The notes under the pieces are model-generated. The model did no database searches. It saw only the letters and a program-made list of their open reading frames with translations, and was not told the origin of the DNA. This document shows positions 59,585 through 64,000 of a stretch of 64,000 nucleotides of DNA, one piece after another (position 1 is the first letter of the stretch; every line of letters starts with the position of its first letter). Where the stretch lies: the IMG/VR virus record IMGVR_UViG_3300037258_000931, positions 1-64,000 of that record; one strand, given 5' to 3'. The DNA is from a virus. Lineage: Duplodnaviria > Heunggongvirae > Uroviricota > Caudoviricetes. A program made the translations under genes and the position numbers.

Positions 59585-60106
59585 TCACTTACGCGAGCCA
59601 GCGGCTTCTTTTTCAGCGCAGGCCAGGCAGAGGCCGTCCCAGTCTTCGCTGCTTATAACCGGGGTGCGGCAATCGCGGCACAGGCCCGCGCGCTCGTTGC
59701 CGATGTAGACCCATGCGGCGACAAATACCCCTTCGTCTCCAACGCTTAGCAAGGGTGCGTCGTCAATCTCCAGCTCATTGTTGGAAGGGGCGGCGAAATC
59801 CTCGCGGGCGGCGGTGATGAAACGTTCGGCAACTTCCGGCGGCAGCCCGTGGGGGTTGGGTACTTCGATAGTGTGGGATTCGATGGAATAGGTGTCGATG
59901 GGATCATGGTCGACGCCTTCGATGTCGTCGAGATACAGCGGAAATTGTCCGGCGTCGATCTTAGTTTGGGTGGCGGCGCGCGCGGCGTCGAATCCGGAGC
60001 AGGCGTTGTCGGCCCAGGCTTCCCAGGCGGCTTTCTCGGTGGTAAAGACTTCGGTGCGGGTGCCGCAATTGTCGTCGGTAGAGAGTGTCCAGATGGTCAT
60101 TTGCAT
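59585..60106 (-). CDS. hypothetical acidic protein
   Basis: 173 aa; C-terminal CRDC...CLAC. Confidence 0.4.
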   Translation of the reverse strand: MQMTIWTLSTDDNCGTRTEVFTTEKAAWEAWADNACSGFDAARAATQTKIDAGQFPLYLDDIEGVDHDPIDTYSIESHTIEVPNPHGLPPEVAERFITAAREDFAAPSNNELEIDDAPLLSVGDEGVFVAAWVYIGNERAGLCRDCRTPVISSEDWDGLCLACAEKEAAGSRK

Positions 60107-60187
60107 GGGTGATCCTTTCGTGACCGGGAATGGGTGTGTGTGGCGCTGGGGTGGTGGAGAATGCTTGTGAACGGGGCGGGGCTGGGG

Positions 60188-61558
60188 CTAGGGCTGGGGC
60201 TGGGGCTTGGCTCTAGCAATGCAGTCTGAGCATACGTCGTTCTCGTCCAGGCTCTCGGAACACTTGCCGCACTCGGCACAGTTCATGCAGTCTTCTCCGG
60301 GCGCGTGCTGGCAGGTTGACCAGCCGGGGAGGTCCGCGGGCTCGCTCATGCCTTCCGGCCAGCCGGGGTTGTCGCCATCGGCGGTCAACAGGTCGTCGCC
60401 CAGGCCGGGATCGAAGTCCGGGCCTGCGTGGAGAGTGGTTTCTCCGTGTTGATCTTGGCTGGCGTAGGGTTCGATTTCGGCGTTGCAGACCGGGCAGCGG
60501 TCATTGTGCATGCTGTCTCCGTCCACTTCCCAGGTCTGGCGGCAGTGAACGTAATAGTTAGTGAAGCGGGTTTCGGATTCTTCGGCGGCGTCCTGCGCTT
60601 GCTCGATCTGCGCTTGCTCGATCTGTGCGCTTACCCAGTCGCGATAGCCGCGTTGGGTGTCGCCTGCGTTTACTTCGGCCTGCCAGTCGGCGCGGGTGTA
60701 CTTGGCGTGTTCGGCCCAGGCGTCGGCTGGCTCTTGGCTGGAGGCGGTTGGATTGCACGGATAAGCGGCGGCGAGTTGATCGATGAGATGGTCTACGTCT
60801 TCGGAGCCCAGCGGGGGGGCTTGCTGGCCGTTGACGGGGGGGAACAGATGCGGGAAGGCTTCGTATATGTCGCGGGCCTCGCAGTCTTCGAAGCGCTCTT
60901 TGAAACAGAGCAGCGCGGCCACAATGGTTTCGCGGTTGCTTTCGTCGGCCAGGATGGGATCGGAGATGGGCATCTTGGCAGCAGTGGTTTCCTGATGATT
61001 GGCAAGCGCAGCTTCCAGGCTGGCCAGGTCGCGCAGCATTTCGCAGTCGGGCTGAAAGGGATTGGAGCCGTCGCGGTCGGGGAACTTGGCGGCGTGCCGG
61101 ATGGAATCGCCATACGTGGCCAGGAATTGGACGGCCAGCGGGACGGCAGTGGGGATCGGGGGCGCGGCCTGCGCAGGTATGGACACGCCTTCGCAGTTGA
61201 GGCGCTCGCACAGCTCGTCGATCTCCTCATTGGCCATCTCGTCGACTTCGGCGAAGTGGTCACAGTCGCCGGCGGCGCAGCCTTCGATGCGGCCTTGGCA
61301 TTGGATCATACGCAGGCCGTGGAGCAGGATAGCGGTCTCGCGGTCATTGAGCGGCGCGCCGGTGTGGCTGAGGCTGGGGCGAGTCGGTATCTCGATACGC
61401 CGGTCTGCGCTGCGCAGAGCGTTGCCGTTTTTGCCACGCCGGTAAACCAGTAGGGGAACGGTGCGGCTAGCGTGAAGGATGGCCGCGACGCGCTGTGCGG
61501 CCTCGTCGGCGGTGGTGGCATTGTAGACGCTCTGTTCCCAGCAGATGTAATAATCCAT
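60188..61558 (-). CDS. hypothetical protein with Cys-rich C-terminus
   Basis: 456 aa from ATG 61558 (MDYYICW); the C-terminus CQHAPGEDCMNCAECGKCSE...CSDC; overlaps several rejected alternative-frame ORFs. Confidence 0.45.
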   Translation of the reverse strand: MDYYICWEQSVYNATTADEAAQRVAAILHASRTVPLLVYRRGKNGNALRSADRRIEIPTRPSLSHTGAPLNDRETAILLHGLRMIQCQGRIEGCAAGDCDHFAEVDEMANEEIDELCERLNCEGVSIPAQAAPPIPTAVPLAVQFLATYGDSIRHAAKFPDRDGSNPFQPDCEMLRDLASLEAALANHQETTAAKMPISDPILADESNRETIVAALLCFKERFEDCEARDIYEAFPHLFPPVNGQQAPPLGSEDVDHLIDQLAAAYPCNPTASSQEPADAWAEHAKYTRADWQAEVNAGDTQRGYRDWVSAQIEQAQIEQAQDAAEESETRFTNYYVHCRQTWEVDGDSMHNDRCPVCNAEIEPYASQDQHGETTLHAGPDFDPGLGDDLLTADGDNPGWPEGMSEPADLPGWSTCQHAPGEDCMNCAECGKCSESLDENDVCSDCIARAKPQPQP

Positions 61559-61616
61559 GGCGATTCTCGATTCTGTGGCGGGGCCACGGTTGTGGAGTTG
61601 ATCTTTGGGCGCGCTA

Positions 61617-62030
61617 TCAAATGCCTTCAATGACGGTAGGCGCGGCAGCGGCCAGGTCGGCAACGATTTGCAGCCACGCGCCGCATTGCGGGCAGCGACC
61701 CTCTTGGGTGATGTTAGCCAGGCCGTTGCTCCCATACTCGATACTGGCCGGTTCCCAGGTTATGGCCAGCTCGCCATCATGCGTGCATTGCTTTGGACGT
61801 GTTTCCGGATCGGGAAGCTCTTCGTCCAGGTCCAGCAGGTCTAGCAGGTCAATGCGTGCTGAAGGCTTGATGACGGCGGCGCGCGCGGAAACAATCTCGG
61901 TTACGTCAAAGACGGTTGCGGTGGTGCCGGGGCGGGTTTGATGTTCGCGGGCTTGCCGCGCGGCGGCTTGCGGCGAATCGGCATCCAGGTCGATCTCCCA
62001 GATGATGTGATATTGCGGCATGGCTTGTGT
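61617..62030 (-). CDS. small hypothetical protein
   Basis: 137 aa from ATG 62030 (SD GAGGAGA); CTHDG...CPQCG; the 298-aa track ORF N-terminus is Pro/Arg/Thr-rich and rejected. Confidence 0.35.
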   Translation of the reverse strand, partial: TQAMPQYHIIWEIDLDADSPQAAARQAREHQTRPGTTATVFDVTEIVSARAAVIKPSARIDLLDLLDLDEELPDPETRPKQCTHDGELAITWEPASIEYGSNGLANITQEGRCPQCGAWLQIVADLAAAAPTVIEGI

Positions 62031-62088
62031 CTCCTCGGTTGGGTTGCGGGTTTGGGTTCTTGTGGCGCGTGGTTTACGTGTGTTGGCG

Positions 62089-62598
62089 CTAGAATTCGGC
62101 GGATTGGGTGCCCTTGTGACTGGTCTCCTCGCGGTAGTGGGCGCGCGCGCGGATGAGCATGGCGGGGAAGCTGGTTTGATTGCGGTCGGCCCAGTGCATG
62201 AGGTCGCACAACAGGTCTCCCAGGGCGTCTTCCAGGTCGGTGCCGGTTTCGCGTTTGAATGCTGCCAGAGCGGCCCAGGCCCAGGCGGCGCGGGCGTCGT
62301 TCTGACTCTCGGGATCGGGCGGAAGGGCTTTCTGGTTGCGCTTGGCGGTTTGCTCTTGTAGCGGGTGGGCGGGGCGTGTTGCCGGGTGAGTGCCAGAGGT
62401 GCGGCGGATTTCGAGCAGGGCTTCATAGGCGAGTCGCGCGGTCTTGCGGAATTGGACTTTTGGTACCCAATCCAAGGTGGAGTGAAGAATATCGTGGCGC
62501 ATGATCTCTTCAATCTGGTAGAGGTCCGCGTCGGCGGCTTGGGGTACGGCTGCTTTAATGCTGGCGGCGTAGCCGGTTAATCCTCTGACTTCAGGCAT
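62089..62598 (-). CDS. hypothetical protein
   Basis: 169 aa, SD AGGAGAAACC then ATG. Confidence 0.45.
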   Translation of the reverse strand: MPEVRGLTGYAASIKAAVPQAADADLYQIEEIMRHDILHSTLDWVPKVQFRKTARLAYEALLEIRRTSGTHPATRPAHPLQEQTAKRNQKALPPDPESQNDARAAWAWAALAAFKRETGTDLEDALGDLLCDLMHWADRNQTSFPAMLIRARAHYREETSHKGTQSAEF

Positions 62599-62750
62599 GG
62601 TGGTTTCTCCTCAGTTGCTTATGGTCGGTCGGTTGAGTGCACGGGACTTCCAAAAAGTCATAGGGCCGCAAGTGTGGATGATGGCGCAGAACTCTCCACC
62701 GGCCACGTGGCAGCGGAAGGCGTGAGCTTCGGTTAAAGACATCGGGATCA

Positions 62751-63407
62751 TTAGGCGCTTTCGCCGTCTTCGTCGAATTCATATTCGTTGGTGCGGATGG
62801 ATTCGTCGACATTCTCATCGCTCATGCGGTAGTCGTATTCGGCCTCTAGGCCGTCGTATATCCATTGGGCGAAATCGCGCATGAGTTCGAGCAGGTTGTT
62901 AGAGATTTGAACGTCTTCAATCTCTTGACCGGTGGTTTCATCGGTGACTTCCACGCTCATGGTGAACTTGTGGACGTAATGACCGTCTTGGGTGACTTTG
63001 ACATCGAACCAATGGCCGGTGAGCAGCCGGTACTGTACGCGCAGCGCGTGTAAAGCATCGGCCAGGTCATGAAGGGTTTGATCTTGCGGGAATTCGGCGC
63101 GCAGGACTGCGGGCAATGGCTGCGTCTTGCTGGAATAGGTGCCCACAAACGATGCACCGTCGCCTTGCGAGCAGAATCCGGAGTAACGTATATCGGGTTC
63201 GGTGCGGGTTTTGCCGCCGTGGAGCGGGATTCGATTGTAGTCAAACGCTATGCCCAGGAGCGCGGCGGCGGTTTCGGCAGGCTCAAAGATTTCACCGAAT
63301 GCGCCAAACTCCTGTGACTCGGATTCCCTCCACCATTCGCGGGCGGTTTCTTTGGCGCGGTCGGATAGTTCATCGAACGTGAATACGGATGTTTCTACGG
63401 TTCGCAT
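62751..63407 (-). CDS. hypothetical acidic protein
   Basis: 218 aa from ATG 63407 (SD GAGGAGATGCC), directly downstream of promoter motif P3; very acidic C-terminus. Confidence 0.4.
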   Translation of the reverse strand: MRTVETSVFTFDELSDRAKETAREWWRESESQEFGAFGEIFEPAETAAALLGIAFDYNRIPLHGGKTRTEPDIRYSGFCSQGDGASFVGTYSSKTQPLPAVLRAEFPQDQTLHDLADALHALRVQYRLLTGHWFDVKVTQDGHYVHKFTMSVEVTDETTGQEIEDVQISNNLLELMRDFAQWIYDGLEAEYDYRMSDENVDESIRTNEYEFDEDGESA

Positions 63408-63443
63408 GGCATCTCCTCGGTTCGTTCCTATGGCTTGCTTGCC

Positions 63444-63472
63444 AGTATGCATCATTGTCACTGCGGTGTCAA
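63444..63472 (-). promoter_or_regulatory. conserved leftward promoter/operator motif P3 (TTGACA-CCGCAGTGACAATGATG-CATACT)
   Basis: The plus strand reads CATTGTCACTGCGGTGTCAAT; third copy. Confidence 0.45.
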
Positions 63473-63526
63473 TAGGACAATGCAGGAAACAGAAAGCGCG
63501 GCCCGGCGGGAAGCCGGGCGCGGGCT

Positions 63527-63877
63527 TTAGGCGCTGCGGCGCTTCTGGAATCCCAGCACTTCGCCGCTGGCGATGCGGGCTTGCATGCTGGTGCGGCTGG
63601 CTATGGACCGGCGGCGTTTGGTGAGCGCTTCTCTTTGGGACGCGATGAGGTTGGCGACTTTGGGCGGCAAAGCCAGGCGGGTAACGCCGGTTTCGTCCAT
63701 GACTTCGACAAAGACGTAATCGCCGTACTCCTCGTGGCGGCAAGTCTGAATGACAAATGTGTCAGTCTTGCCGGTGACCGGTTGCACGGTCTTGACGGTT
63801 GACGGTTTGGTGACCAGGCTCACGTCGAGAATGGAGCCATAGAGGCGGTCATATTTGCTGAGGGTTTCTTCAGGCAT
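63527..63877 (-). CDS. hypothetical protein
   Basis: 116 aa. Confidence 0.35.
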   Translation of the reverse strand: MPEETLSKYDRLYGSILDVSLVTKPSTVKTVQPVTGKTDTFVIQTCRHEEYGDYVFVEVMDETGVTRLALPPKVANLIASQREALTKRRRSIASRTSMQARIASGEVLGFQKRRSA

Positions 63878-64000
63878 GGTTGTTTCCTCCTGTCTCTATT
63901 GTTTCATCCGGGTTGGGCGAAAGCCGCTATTCATGCGGGTTTGGCGGGTTTCCAGTGCGGCAAGTGGCGCGCTGTCAATCGAAAATAAATTGCTTGACAC

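Noticed and set aside
59123-59749. 208-aa ORF on the plus strand
   Set aside because: Gly/Ala/Arg-rich; overlaps three well-formed leftward ORFs and begins inside a repeat arm.
60558-61263. 217-aa and 156-aa alternative-frame ORFs on the minus strand
   Set aside because: Frameshifted overlaps of the 60188-61558 gene; Arg/Pro/Ser-rich.
61617-62513. Full 298-aa track ORF on the minus strand
   Set aside because: Only the last 137 aa (from ATG 62030 with SD GAGGAGA) look coding; the upstream 160 aa are Pro/Arg/Thr low complexity antisense to nothing conserved and overlap the 62089-62598 gene.

Overview
High-GC (~60%) window that looks like part of a large phage or phage-like mobile element, not a chromosomal core. 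1-9.8 kb is a tRNA array of about 20 tRNA genes with several isoacceptors, interleaved with small ORFs. 13.45-16.93 kb holds a compact 745-aa Cas12/TnpB-type RuvC nuclease immediately followed by a CRISPR array of about 18 repeats, with no recognisable cas1/cas2. A second two-spacer mini-array with the same repeat family sits at about 46.0 kb. The remainder encodes phage-type replication and recombination functions (ERF annealing protein, a RecB-like nuclease, xis/int with an AT-rich attP-like region, a DUF1376 protein, primase-helicase, AAA ATPase, SSB, a beta sliding clamp, two serine recombinases, HNH and GIY-YIG endonucleases) and auxiliary genes (NADAR, peptide deformylase, SPFH/flotillin-like protein, metallophosphoesterase). 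Genes are rightward up to about 52 kb and leftward from about 52.2 kb to the window end. The most unusual feature is a pervasive intergenic element present about 35 times: tandem GGGATCAG units, an about 90-bp core ending in a T-run, then tandem CTGATCCC units. It is always in the same orientation, sometimes as solo arms, and several copies are inserted in frame inside conserved genes (def, ssb, primase). Other signals: a conserved promoter/operator motif upstream of three leftward operons, a candidate permuted or split tRNA, an atypical 112-nt tRNA-like gene, and several small hairpin families. All protein calls rest on motif recognition by eye; coordinates of RNA features may be off by 1-2 nt.
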